Source: Lysobacteraceae bacterium
GTDB lineage: Bacteria > Pseudomonadota > Gammaproteobacteria > Xanthomonadales > BQJN01
Direction: 5' to 3'
Assembly: GCA_021604725.1 (NCBI GenBank)
Contig: BQJN01000003.1
Coordinates: forward strand, 2,416-66,415
DNA: 64,000 nucleotides
Under the pieces are notes generated by a model, which saw nothing but the letters and a program-made list of their open reading frames with translations, did no database searches and was not told where the DNA came from. Positions 48,896-59,760 of this stretch are shown one piece after another. The stretch's first letter is position 1; every line of letters begins with the position of its first letter. The translations under genes were made by a program, and so were the position numbers.

Positions 48896-50011
48896 TTATT
48901 TGCCTCCTTCCAGCAGCTTCGCTACTTGCTCAGATCGTATCTCTCCGCCATGGGTGATCACGCTACCGGCGAGAATTTCGTCGTCGAAATCAAGGTTGAG
49001 TTCACCGTCCTTGATCCATGGCGTCAGGAAGTTCATCAAGTTGCGGGCGTACATTTCACTGGCGTGTATCGGCATCTGCGCGGGGAGGTTAACTGGCCCG
49101 ACAATAGACACTTGCTGGTGTTCGATGGTTTTGCCGGCCTCAGTCAGTTCGCAGTTTCCGCCAGTTTCCGCGGCGATATCGACAATCACCGAGCCAGGCT
49201 TCATGCCTTCGACCATGGCCTTGGTCAGGATCTTGGGCGCCGGTCGGCCTGGAACGGCCGCCGTGGTGATGACGATATCCACCTTACCGAGGTGGTCGGC
49301 CAGCGCTTGTTGCTGCGCCGCCCGTTCTTCATCAGTCAACTCGCGTGCGTAACCGCCTTCGCCAGCGGCGGTAACGCTCAAGTCCAGAAACTTGGCACCG
49401 AGCGACTCAATTTGCTCCTTGGTCTCGGGACGCACGTCATAGCCTTGGGTGATGGCACCCAGTCGTCTGGCTGTAGCCAGCGCCTGCAGTCCGGCAACGC
49501 CAGCGCCGATGACCAGCACGGTACTGGGCCGAATGGTGCCGGCAGCCGTGGTCAGCATCGGGAAGAACCGACCGGATGCTTGCGCGGCCGTCAGTACCGC
49601 TTTGTAACCGGCCACCGACGCCTGAGAAGATAGAGCGTCCATCGATTGCGCTCGGCTGATGCGTGGAATCATCTCGACCGCGAATGACGTGACCTCAGAT
49701 TTGGCCAACGCAGCGAAACGCTTGGGGTCTGAGAATGGCGCGAGAAAGCCCAAAAGAACTGCGCCTTTGTTCAGCTTCTTTAGCTGCTTGGCGTCGGGTG
49801 GTTGTACGGTCAGAACAATATCGGCTTTCCAGGGGTCGCCAAATTCGGCCCCACTGTAGGCGTGGTCCGGAATCAGTGCGGCTTCACCCGCCCCCTTTTC
49901 CAGGATGATGGAAGCACCGGTTTTGGCCAGCCGTGTTGCCACGTCTGGTACCAGTGCAACCCGCAGTTCACCCTCCGAAGTTTCCTTCGGTACTCCGATC
50001 GATACAGGCAT
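48896..50011 (-). CDS. pntAA: NAD(P) transhydrogenase subunit alpha part 1 (soluble dI)
   Basis: 371 aa. Alanine dehydrogenase/PNT fold, Rossmann VLVIGAGVAGLQA, and ISRAQSMDALSSQ. Confidence 0.95.
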   Translation of the reverse strand: MPVSIGVPKETSEGELRVALVPDVATRLAKTGASIILEKGAGEAALIPDHAYSGAEFGDPWKADIVLTVQPPDAKQLKKLNKGAVLLGFLAPFSDPKRFAALAKSEVTSFAVEMIPRISRAQSMDALSSQASVAGYKAVLTAAQASGRFFPMLTTAAGTIRPSTVLVIGAGVAGLQALATARRLGAITQGYDVRPETKEQIESLGAKFLDLSVTAAGEGGYARELTDEERAAQQQALADHLGKVDIVITTAAVPGRPAPKILTKAMVEGMKPGSVIVDIAAETGGNCELTEAGKTIEHQQVSIVGPVNLPAQMPIHASEMYARNLMNFLTPWIKDGELNLDFDDEILAGSVITHGGEIRSEQVAKLLEGGK

Positions 50012-50307
50012 GAATGTCGATCTCCCGCTTGCTTGTTGTACGAATAGCCAATCCTCACCGATGCTACCAGAAACTGTGAGGTCGCGTTTTTGGGTGAGCC
50101 GCCGTCAGTGCGGGGTGCCTTTAAGGCACGCCGCAGGCGGTGAACGACCGCACATGGAAGTGCGGGCTGGGTGCGGTCCATGGATGGTTGTTGGCGGACC
50201 TCGCCACCAAAGGCCGTGCCGGCGCTTTGCTCATGCTCGGCGTGTCCAGTGCAGACGAATGAGGGTGTGGACGGTTTGTAGGTAGGCCGCTTTGGAAAGG
50301 CCAGGCG

Positions 50308-51039
50308 CTACCGGCCAAGGTCTCCATGCAAGGTCTGCAATGCCGCAGTGGCAACAATGGCGGCTGTTTCGGCTCGCAATACCCTGGGTCCCAATCGCAC
50401 GGAATCAAAGCCGTGCCCAGTCATCAGATCCACCTCTTCATTACTAAACCCACCCTCGGGTCCGATCGCGACCAGTACTTGATTGCCGGTTATTGGCAAG
50501 GCAGATAGCGTCTGTTCGCTGGTCGGGTCTAGAACCAGCCGCATTGCATGTTCGGTTGTCACCAGATCAGCAAGCGCTTGCGGTGCCAGCACCTGGGGTA
50601 CGACGGCGCGGCCGCTCTGCTCGCAAGCTGACAGGGCGACGGCCTGCCAATGCGCGGTCCGTTTGCTCGCCTTGTCACCCCGCAGTTTGACCTCACAGCG
50701 TTCACTGAAAAATGGCAGGATTTCAATCACGCCCAACTCGACCGACTTTTGAATTGCAAAGTCCATACGATCGCCACGCGTAATGGCCAAAGCCAGTTTG
50801 ATCGACAGTGGCGATTCATTGCTGGTTTCGGTGACCGATTCAACCTGGACCCACACCTGTTTGCGGTCGATATCGGTGATGGTACAGGTGTATTCGCGAC
50901 CGGTGCCGTCAAAACACACAAGCGATTGCCCAACCCTTGCTCGCAGGACTTTGCCCAAGTGTCGCGATGCATCAGGTGGTAATGCGTATCGAGTTCCAGG
51001 AGAACTGACTGATGGGGCGAAAACACGAGCGATGCGCAT
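50308..51039 (-). CDS. rsmE: 16S rRNA (uracil1498-N3)-methyltransferase
   Basis: 243 aa. PUA-like N-terminus and SPOUT C-terminus with VAIGPEGGFSNEE and LGPRVLRAETA. Confidence 0.9.
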   Translation of the reverse strand: MRIARVFAPSVSSPGTRYALPPDASRHLGKVLRARVGQSLVCFDGTGREYTCTITDIDRKQVWVQVESVTETSNESPLSIKLALAITRGDRMDFAIQKSVELGVIEILPFFSERCEVKLRGDKASKRTAHWQAVALSACEQSGRAVVPQVLAPQALADLVTTEHAMRLVLDPTSEQTLSALPITGNQVLVAIGPEGGFSNEEVDLMTGHGFDSVRLGPRVLRAETAAIVATAALQTLHGDLGR

Positions 51040-51111
51040 TGCAGTCCTGTTAAATACTAATCATGGCGATAGGGTAGCCTTGCGCAGCCAGTTCGCGCCA
51101 CCGATCAATTG

Positions 51112-51753
51112 TTACCCGGCAAGGCGTTCGGGCGTCTCTGTCAAAAGCGCTTCAACAGCGCTGGGTGTGGCGCGGGTTACTGGCCTGCCATTGATGGCGC
51201 TCAGCGGCGCTTGTCGTCGCCCTTCAAGTGGGAACACGGTCATGTCCATTGGCGTCTGTCCGGCCGTAAACCTCAACACCGGCAGCTCGGCATGGACGCC
51301 TCGTCGCAACTGCAATTTGCGCTGTGTTTGGTCGAACGGAACACGATGATCATTCAAAAAATGGCACAGTTGTTCAAGGTTGTCGGTAAATACGTGCAGG
51401 CAGACGGCGGAGAACCGGTCAGCAGTGCCTTCCAGTACCGGTCCAACCAGTCGCGGGTGAAAGTCCTTGAAAAATTCCATCGAACGCAGCGCATCGGTGC
51501 GCAAACGGTTGAGCAGCTCGTAATCGTCCTGTGTTCTGAACAGGCTTTGGTGTTCGCGCAATGCCTGATCGATCTCTATGTTGGTCGGCAGCTCGCTGGC
51601 GTTAAAGATACCCAGTCGGTCCGCTGCTTTGTGCTTGGCGTGAAGGAAATCGCGCATCCCTTCATTGTGCATAATGCGCGCGGCTTCCACTGCGATTTGG
51701 CGACGGCGGCTCTCTCGGAGCCTGCTGTTTGCTCGCTGTCGGCGATGGGGCAT
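51112..51753 (-). CDS. conserved hypothetical protein
   Basis: 213 aa with a basic N-terminus and protein-like composition. The opposite-strand 261-aa ORF is Cys/Trp/His-rich and overlaps the mrcA 3' end, so I prefer the minus strand. Confidence 0.55.
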   Translation of the reverse strand: MPHRRQRANSRLRESRRRQIAVEAARIMHNEGMRDFLHAKHKAADRLGIFNASELPTNIEIDQALREHQSLFRTQDDYELLNRLRTDALRSMEFFKDFHPRLVGPVLEGTADRFSAVCLHVFTDNLEQLCHFLNDHRVPFDQTQRKLQLRRGVHAELPVLRFTAGQTPMDMTVFPLEGRRQAPLSAINGRPVTRATPSAVEALLTETPERLAG

Positions 51754-51816
51754 AGGTCACCTCTCGCTTGGGCCTGTGGGGCATGGTGTTCAATTACTGA
51801 ACACGCTTATACACTG

Positions 51817-54237
51817 CTAGAAAATGTCGTACGGGTCAACCACTGCTTGTTCGCTCTGCTCGGACCGCTCGGCCTCGGGCAGGTTCTCGGATAGAAACAC
51901 TTCATTGATGGCGTTGGGGTTGTCCGCTCGGGCTAATAACCCGCTATCAGGGTCAATGCGGGCCGTTGTCACCCCGGGGGGCGGATTGAAGGGGCGCTCC
52001 GGCACCCCGTCCAGTGCGTCTCGCATAAAATCAATCCAGATTGGCAGTGCCGCGCGGCCACCCACTTCGCCCTTGCCCAGTGGCGAGAAGTCGTCATGAC
52101 CGACCCAGGCGGTGGTGACCAGATGGTGATTGAAGCCCGAAAACCATGCGTCGCGCTGGTCGTTGGTGGTTCCGGTTTTGCCGGCCAGGTCATTGCGGCC
52201 AATTGAACGCGCCGGTCGGCCTGTGCCGCGACGTATGACATCACGCAGCACCGAGCTGATAATGTAGCCATTCCTTGGATCGATGACCTGCTCGGCATAA
52301 AACACGGGGCCTTCTTCATTGGCCTCAATGGTTGGAAGAAGGGCGTCGGCTGCCACCGTTTCAACCTCATCCGACTGCGGTTGGTTGCAGTCGTCACAGG
52401 CGATCAGAGGTTGCGATGAATAGATCTGCTCATCGTTGGCGTTGACAATACGCTCGACGAAATAAGGCTCAATCAGGTAACCGCCATTGGCGAATACCGA
52501 ATAGGCTCTGGCCATGGCGATGGGCGGTACCGGTCCGCTGCCCAGGGCTAGCGACAGGTCTGCCGGCAGGTCCCTGGAGTCGAAGCCGAACCTTAGGGCA
52601 TAGCCGTGTGTTTGCTGCACGCCGGTTTCTCGGAGAACGCGAATCGAAACCAGATTGCGGGAGTTGACCATGCCTTCGCGCAAGCGCGTAGGCCCATAAA
52701 ATGTTCGTGAGTAATTTTCCGGGCGCCAAACGCGCTCCAACTGCGGGTCATTGAACACAACCGGCGCGTCGTTGATCAGCGTTGAGACCGTCATCCCCGC
52801 TTCCAGGGCGGCCGAATAAATGATTGGTTTGAAGCTGGAACCAGGCTGGCGTTTGCCCTGGGTGGCGCGATTAAATTTGCTCCTGGAAAAATCAAAACCG
52901 CCGATTAACGCGCGAACTGCGCCGTCTCTCGGGCTCATTGAGATCAAGGCGCCTTCAACTTGCGGCAGTTGTGCCAATCGCCACTCGCCCTCGGCGTTGC
53001 GCTCGACGCGAATGATGTCGCCAACGCTGACGACTTCGTCGACGCGTTTCGGCGTCGGGCCACGTTGGTCGGCGTTGATGTACGGGCGCGCCCACGCCAC
53101 GGCGTCAAGATCCAGAGGCAATGTCTGGCCGTCCACAAGGTAGACCAAAGCCAGTTCTTCGTTGGCATCGATAACCAGCCCCGGAGCCAGACCGGCGGAA
53201 GCCCTGAAGCCCTCCAATGCCGCAGCCCAGTCAGCTGGCGTCGACTCCGCGGTCAGTTCAGCCTTTGCTTCGGCACCGCGATAACCGTGTCGGCGGTCAT
53301 ATAAGGCAAGGCCATTGCGAATAGCCATTTCAGCCGACTGTTGCAGACGACTGTCGATGGTGGTGAATATTTTGTAGCCACTGGTATAGGCGCTTTCGCC
53401 CATCTGCCCAACGACGGTGGCTCGTACCATTTCTGCCAGGTGTGGCGCATGAACATCGCTGGTTGGGACGTGCAGGTGTGCTCGGTCAACCTCATTGAAA
53501 GCCTGCTCCCATTCGGCCTGCTCAATGAAACCCAATTCCAGCATCCGCCCAAGGACATAGTTGCGCCGTGACAATGCCCGTTCAGGATTGTTGATTGGGT
53601 TGATGCGTGATGGTGCCTTCGGCAAAGAGGCGATCATTGCCGCTTCTGCCAGACTAAGCTCATCGAGTGATTTGCCGTAGTAAACGTCAGCAGCTGCCGC
53701 TATGCCATAGGCGCGGTGACCAAGAAATATCTTGTTGAGATAGAGCTCTAGTATTTCGTCCTTGTCCAATTCCTGCTCAATCTTCAGGGCCAGGAAAATC
53801 TCTTTTAGTTTTCGTAGATAGGTCCGCTCAAACGACAAAAAGAACTGCCGCGTCAGCTGCATGGTGATGGTGCTGCCGCCGGGGCCTTTGTCGCCACCGG
53901 TCCGAATGATGTACCAGACCGCGCGCAAAATCCCCTGGTAATCGACCCCCGGATGCTCGTAAAATCGCGCGTCCTCGCCGGCCAGAAAGGCGTTCTTGAC
54001 TGAGTCTGGTACCTCATCGATGGTGACCGGCTGTCGGCGCTTCTCACCGTAGGTCGCCATCAAACGGCCATCGCGGGTGTAGATGCGCAGCGGCACCTGC
54101 AGTTGAACGTCTTTTAGGGTGTCAGTGGTGGGCAAGCCTGGAGAGAGCACCAACCAGGCGACACCAATCGTGATGACGCCCACTACGCCGCCAGCAAGGG
54201 TCAGTATCAGCAGCCATTTGAGCAGTTTTTTCAGCAA
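51817..54237 (-). CDS. mrcA: penicillin-binding protein 1A (bifunctional glycosyltransferase/transpeptidase)
   Basis: N-terminal TM. GT51 motifs EDARFYEH, GGSTITMQL and RKLKEIFLALKIE. Transpeptidase motifs SSFKP (SxxK), SRN and KTGTTND. Divergent from pilM, as in other gammaproteobacteria. Confidence 0.95.
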   Translation of the reverse strand: MLKKLLKWLLILTLAGGVVGVITIGVAWLVLSPGLPTTDTLKDVQLQVPLRIYTRDGRLMATYGEKRRQPVTIDEVPDSVKNAFLAGEDARFYEHPGVDYQGILRAVWYIIRTGGDKGPGGSTITMQLTRQFFLSFERTYLRKLKEIFLALKIEQELDKDEILELYLNKIFLGHRAYGIAAAADVYYGKSLDELSLAEAAMIASLPKAPSRINPINNPERALSRRNYVLGRMLELGFIEQAEWEQAFNEVDRAHLHVPTSDVHAPHLAEMVRATVVGQMGESAYTSGYKIFTTIDSRLQQSAEMAIRNGLALYDRRHGYRGAEAKAELTAESTPADWAAALEGFRASAGLAPGLVIDANEELALVYLVDGQTLPLDLDAVAWARPYINADQRGPTPKRVDEVVSVGDIIRVERNAEGEWRLAQLPQVEGALISMSPRDGAVRALIGGFDFSRSKFNRATQGKRQPGSSFKPIIYSAALEAGMTVSTLINDAPVVFNDPQLERVWRPENYSRTFYGPTRLREGMVNSRNLVSIRVLRETGVQQTHGYALRFGFDSRDLPADLSLALGSGPVPPIAMARAYSVFANGGYLIEPYFVERIVNANDEQIYSSQPLIACDDCNQPQSDEVETVAADALLPTIEANEEGPVFYAEQVIDPRNGYIISSVLRDVIRRGTGRPARSIGRNDLAGKTGTTNDQRDAWFSGFNHHLVTTAWVGHDDFSPLGKGEVGGRAALPIWIDFMRDALDGVPERPFNPPPGVTTARIDPDSGLLARADNPNAINEVFLSENLPEAERSEQSEQAVVDPYDIF

Positions 54238-54712
54238 TTTTTAAGGTGTCGTTCGAGTAAAACAAGAAAGGTTGATCTGCTTCGGGAACGGTCAACGCAG
54301 ACTCCCATGCCGGTGCCCCCAACGCTGCGATCGCTTACCGAGGGGCGAATTCTACCAGTGCGGAGCTGATCAGGCGAAAGTTCCGGCGGCATTTGTGATG
54401 GCGGTCTAGGTTTCTGCGCCGGATCAGGGCGTATACCTGTATGTCTTGGATCGCACAACATGCCGCAGAGCACACAAAATTACCTCATGCTCGATCTGGG
54501 ACCGACGCTTGATTGCAAAGTTCCTCATCTGCCGCAATCGGACGCATGCCTGGGCAGAGGGCCGCAAATCGGTCGTTGGAATGCGTTTTCATGTTGATTC
54601 CCTTGATGGAATTCACAGATTCGCCAACTCCGAAAAAATCCTTAGTTGATATGGAGTTGAGTTTGGTATTTAATGTACCAAGCCAGGATTGTCTCGTAAA
54701 AGAGTGTTATAA

Positions 54713-55779
<1,067 letters not shown>

Positions 55780-55780
<1 letters not shown>

Positions 55781-56367
55781 TGGCCAGAATTAATCTTCTA
55801 CCGTGGCGCGAGGAACGCCGGCAGCAGCGTCAAAAAGAGTTTTTTGCATTGCTTGGCATGGGCGCAGTTGGCGCTATCCTGGTTTTCTTCGCCATCCAGT
55901 GGTTCGTTGGCGGTCTGATCGACAATCAGCGCTCGCGCAATAATACGCTGACAACTGAAATCGCCTCACTTGATCGACAGATTCGACAGATCGAAGAGCT
56001 GGATCGCAAGAAGGCTCGGCTGCTCGCGCGCAAAGAAATTATTGAACGTCTGCAGGCCAGTCGGTCAATGATGGTGCATCTGTTCGATGAGTTGGTTCGC
56101 ACCATTCCTGAGGGCGTTCAACTGACCAACATCAAACAGGCTGGGCGAGTCCTGACACTGTCGGGTGTGGCGCAGTCGAACGCAAGAGTTTCAGCTTACT
56201 TGCGCAACCTCGACAATTCGGACTGGTTGAAGGATCCGGATCTGGACATCATCGAGGCGGTCGATGACCAGCGAAACTACAAGTATGAGTTCACCGTCAG
56301 GGTCGGTTTGGTCGGGCCTGAAGATCAGGGCCAAGCAACGACTGATCAGGAGGGGTGGGAATCATGA
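55780..56367 (+). CDS. pilN: type IV pilus inner-membrane component PilN
   Basis: ARINLLPWREERR N-terminal motif, one TM helix and a coiled coil. TGATG overlap with pilM. Confidence 0.85.
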
Positions 56368-56978
56368 ATATCAGCGATCTCAATGATCTTGATTTTGAAA
56401 ATGTTGGTGCCTGGCCGCCGCTCGCCAAGGGGCTCGCTGTTTTGGCGGTCGCGATCGTGATTCTGGCCGCAGGCTATTTTCTGAGCATTAAAGATCAACG
56501 CGCTTCGCTTGAGCGACAGAAGCAGGAAGAGGCGCGGCTATTTGCGGAGTTTGAAGAAAAGCAAAAGAAAGCCGCAAATCTTGATGCTTACCGTGATCAG
56601 TTGGACGAAATCGAAGTGATTCTGCAGTCACTGTTGCGGCAGTTGCCGAGCAAGACAGAGATGCCAGATCTGCTGGTCGACGTTTCGCAAACGGCGCTGT
56701 CTTCGGGTATTGACGCTGAGCTGTTTAATCCTGGGCCGGAGGTTGTGCGTGAGTTTTACGCAGAAAAACCCATTGCCCTGAGAATGATCGGCAGCTATCA
56801 CCAATTCGGTCAGTTCGTCAGTGGCGTCGCCTCGCTACCGCGCGTTGTCATCCTCACCATGCATGATATTTCGCTGCGACCGCGAGCAGGCAGCTCTACC
56901 GAATTGGTACTGGAAGGAACGGCCAAGACATACCGTTATGTCGATGAAGGCGAGACTGTGGAGGAAAACAATGGCTGA
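56355..56978 (+). CDS. pilO: type IV pilus inner-membrane component PilO
   Basis: 207 aa with a TM helix and a coiled coil. LP.K.EMPDLLVDVSQ block. In the expected operon position. Confidence 0.85.
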   Translation: MGIMNISDLNDLDFENVGAWPPLAKGLAVLAVAIVILAAGYFLSIKDQRASLERQKQEEARLFAEFEEKQKKAANLDAYRDQLDEIEVILQSLLRQLPSKTEMPDLLVDVSQTALSSGIDAELFNPGPEVVREFYAEKPIALRMIGSYHQFGQFVSGVASLPRVVILTMHDISLRPRAGSSTELVLEGTAKTYRYVDEGETVEENNG

Positions 56979-57501
56979 TATACGCAGTCTGTTGAGATTC
57001 ACTCCGCTGTTGGCCGTTGTGGTCGCAGGTTGTTCGGTGGATAACTCTGACCTCGAGCGCCGTATTGCGGCGGTAAAGGCCAGACCTGCTGACCCGATTG
57101 AGCCTCTACCTGAGATTCGCCCTTACGCAGTATTCGAATACGGCGCCGAAGGGCTGAGAGACCCGTTCTCTGGTGGTCTGTTGGACGAAGAAGAAGAGGA
57201 AGTGACGGCTGATACGGGTGGGCCGTCGCCGGACTTTGATCGCAGACGTGAGGCGCTCGAGAGCTACTCATTGGACAGTCTGTCGATGGTCGGAACACTG
57301 AACATCGGCGGATTCAACTACGCCCTGGTACAAGACCCGGATCAGTTGATCCACCGCGTTGTACCAGGTAACTACATGGGCCGTAACCACGGCCGAATCG
57401 TAACGATAATGGACGACAGCATTGAACTGGTGGAATTGGTACCCAACGGCCTGGGCGGTTGGATTGAGCGCAACGCCGCCATTGCGCTGGATGATCAATA
57501 G
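56971..57501 (+). CDS. pilP: type IV pilus lipoprotein PilP
   Basis: Start ATG 56971 overlaps the pilO stop (ATGGCTGA). Lipobox VVAGCS. C-terminal beta domain. The track ORF start at 56821 lies inside pilO. Confidence 0.8.
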   Translation: MADIRSLLRFTPLLAVVVAGCSVDNSDLERRIAAVKARPADPIEPLPEIRPYAVFEYGAEGLRDPFSGGLLDEEEEEVTADTGGPSPDFDRRREALESYSLDSLSMVGTLNIGGFNYALVQDPDQLIHRVVPGNYMGRNHGRIVTIMDDSIELVELVPNGLGGWIERNAAIALDDQ

Positions 57502-57514
57502 ACTGGGGTCGTAA

Positions 57515-59701
57515 GTGATGAAGATGAGAAAATACAGTTCCGGTCCGAGTAAAGCATTTGCCGCGACCGCCATTGGTATCGCAAGTTTGCTGAGCCCGTT
57601 GTGGGTGCATGCGCAGGCCGTGCTTGAAGATGTCAGCTTTAACACCGGTGCAGGTGGCAATGTGGAGGTCTTGCTAACACTCGATTCCGCCGCTCCTGAG
57701 CCACGCGTGTTCACCACCGAATCGCCGCCGCGAATTGCTCTGGACCTAAACGATACGCGCAGCGCGCTGGCGGAGCGAACCTTGGCCGTTGGTCAAGGCG
57801 CAACGCGAAGCGTTACCGCCGTTGAAGCGGCAGGGCGAACACGGGTGGTCATCGACCTGTTTCGCAATGTGCCTTATGAAATTCGGCGCACCGGCAACAC
57901 CCTGGTAATCGATATTGCTGGCGGTGTCGCAGCCGCAGTTGCTTCTGCCGAAGCTGCCGAGCGCATGGGCGGTAGCAGCGTACATCTGCAGCGTGGGTCA
58001 GTTTCGAAGATAGACTTCCGGCGCGGTAAAGATGGCGAGGGGCGTGTCATCGTTCACCTTCAGGGCGAACCCTCAGGGTCAGATCTGTCGCAACAAGGTG
58101 ACAAAATTCGAGTAGAGCTATTCGATACACGGGTTCCTGCCGAGCTTGAACGACGTATAGACGTGATGGATTTCGCCACGCCCGTCGACATGATCGACAG
58201 CTTTAACGAAGGCGGTCGCGCGGTCATGTTGATTTCTGCCAACGGCAACTTTGAACACATGGCCTATCAGGCCGACAACCAGTTTGTGATCGAGGTTTCG
58301 CTGATCGAGGAAGAGGAAGAGGTGGATGCGCGCTCGTTGCTGGAAGATCCGGTGTACGAGGGCGAGCGTGTCACATTTACGTTCCAGGACATCGCTGTTC
58401 GCGCTGTCTTGCAGCTGATCGCTGATGTTTCACAGCTCAACATCGTTGTGTCAGACGCGGTGGGTGGCAACGTGACGCTGCGCTTGAACAATGTTCCATG
58501 GGACCAGGCACTGGACTTGATTCTGCAATCCAAACAGCTGGACAAGCGCCAGAATGGCAATGTTATTTGGGTCGCCCCTGCCAATGAGATCGCCGCCTAT
58601 GAGCAGCAACGCCTGCAGGCGCTGGTGCAAAAGGAAGAGCTTGAACCGATCCGTTCAGATTTTATTCAGGTCAACTACGCCAAGGCCAGCGATCTGGCTG
58701 CCCTTCTTTCCGCAGGTGGCGGCGGTGAGCGAACCGGCTTGCTGTCAGACCGTGGCGCGGTAAGCGTTGATGAACGAACCAACACATTGTTGATCAGCGA
58801 TACGCCGACCAAACTCGGTGAGGTTCGAGAGCTTATTGGCCTGCTCGACAGACCAGTGCGCCAGGTACAGATTGAGTCTCGAATCGTTATAGCCAACTCG
58901 GATTTCAGTCGTGATATCGGCGTTCGCTTTGGTGTCACTGGAACCAATGAGGACAGCAACGGAAACATTTATTCGACCGGTGGATCGCTCGAAGCGCTGG
59001 ACCGAATGAATAACCTGTCACTGATCAACCGCCTCAATGGCCTGCCTAGCGGACTGCCCAACGTCGGGCCGTCAATTCCGCCGGGTGGCATTGCTGCGCC
59101 GCCGCTGACGGAGCGCCTGAACGTAAACTTGCCGGTGGCAAACGCTGCGGGTACTTTCGGTTGGACCTTGCTGGCATCTGACTATCTGCTGGACCTGGAA
59201 ATTTCAGCCCTTGAGGCCGAAGGTCGAGGCGAAGTGATCTCCAGTCCTCGGATGATCGCTGCCAATCAGGTTGAAGCGTATATCCAGCAGGGTGTCGAGA
59301 TTCCATATCAGCAGGCGACTTCATCGGGTGCAACCGCAATTCAGTTCAAGGACGCAGTTCTCGAACTTCGTGCAAGACCGCTAATTACGCCGGATAATCG
59401 CATCCAGCTCGACTTGACGGTCAAGCAAGACACCGTCGGCGATGAAGTACCAACTGGCACAGGTGGAACCGTTCCGACCATTGATACCCGGGAGATCGAA
59501 ACCAAGGTGCTGGTTGACAACGGTCAGACTGTCGTACTTGGCGGTATTTACGAACAAAACTTGCGTGATCAAACCAACAAGGTTCCATTCTTTGGGGATC
59601 TGCCAATGGTCGGAAGTCTTTTCCGCCAGCGCCTGCGTCAGTTTGACAAGGCCGAGTTGCTGATCTTTATCACGCCAACCATTCTTCAAGAAAACTACTG
59701 A
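57515..59701 (+). CDS. pilQ: type IV pilus secretin PilQ
   Basis: 728 aa. Signal peptide, two AMIN-like N-terminal domains, and a secretin C-domain with VVLGGIYE...VPFFGDLPMVGSLFR...ELLIFITP. Confidence 0.95.
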   Translation: MMKMRKYSSGPSKAFAATAIGIASLLSPLWVHAQAVLEDVSFNTGAGGNVEVLLTLDSAAPEPRVFTTESPPRIALDLNDTRSALAERTLAVGQGATRSVTAVEAAGRTRVVIDLFRNVPYEIRRTGNTLVIDIAGGVAAAVASAEAAERMGGSSVHLQRGSVSKIDFRRGKDGEGRVIVHLQGEPSGSDLSQQGDKIRVELFDTRVPAELERRIDVMDFATPVDMIDSFNEGGRAVMLISANGNFEHMAYQADNQFVIEVSLIEEEEEVDARSLLEDPVYEGERVTFTFQDIAVRAVLQLIADVSQLNIVVSDAVGGNVTLRLNNVPWDQALDLILQSKQLDKRQNGNVIWVAPANEIAAYEQQRLQALVQKEELEPIRSDFIQVNYAKASDLAALLSAGGGGERTGLLSDRGAVSVDERTNTLLISDTPTKLGEVRELIGLLDRPVRQVQIESRIVIANSDFSRDIGVRFGVTGTNEDSNGNIYSTGGSLEALDRMNNLSLINRLNGLPSGLPNVGPSIPPGGIAAPPLTERLNVNLPVANAAGTFGWTLLASDYLLDLEISALEAEGRGEVISSPRMIAANQVEAYIQQGVEIPYQQATSSGATAIQFKDAVLELRARPLITPDNRIQLDLTVKQDTVGDEVPTGTGGTVPTIDTREIETKVLVDNGQTVVLGGIYEQNLRDQTNKVPFFGDLPMVGSLFRQRLRQFDKAELLIFITPTILQENY

Positions 59702-59760
59702 AATCCATGGGCGGGAGTGCAATGACCGTTCCAATGACGAACATGATGAGGATAGAAAAA

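Noticed and set aside
48573-49633. Plus-strand ORFs 48573-49352 (259 aa) and 48926-49633 (235 aa)
   Set aside because: They lie antisense to pntAB and pntAA and have low-complexity Arg/Ser/Cys-rich translations.
51109-51894. 261-aa plus-strand ORF opposite 51112-51753
   Set aside because: Its translation is Cys/Trp/His-rich and it would run into the 3' end of mrcA. The minus-strand reading is more protein-like. Neither reading has a named motif, so the CDS call itself has only moderate confidence.
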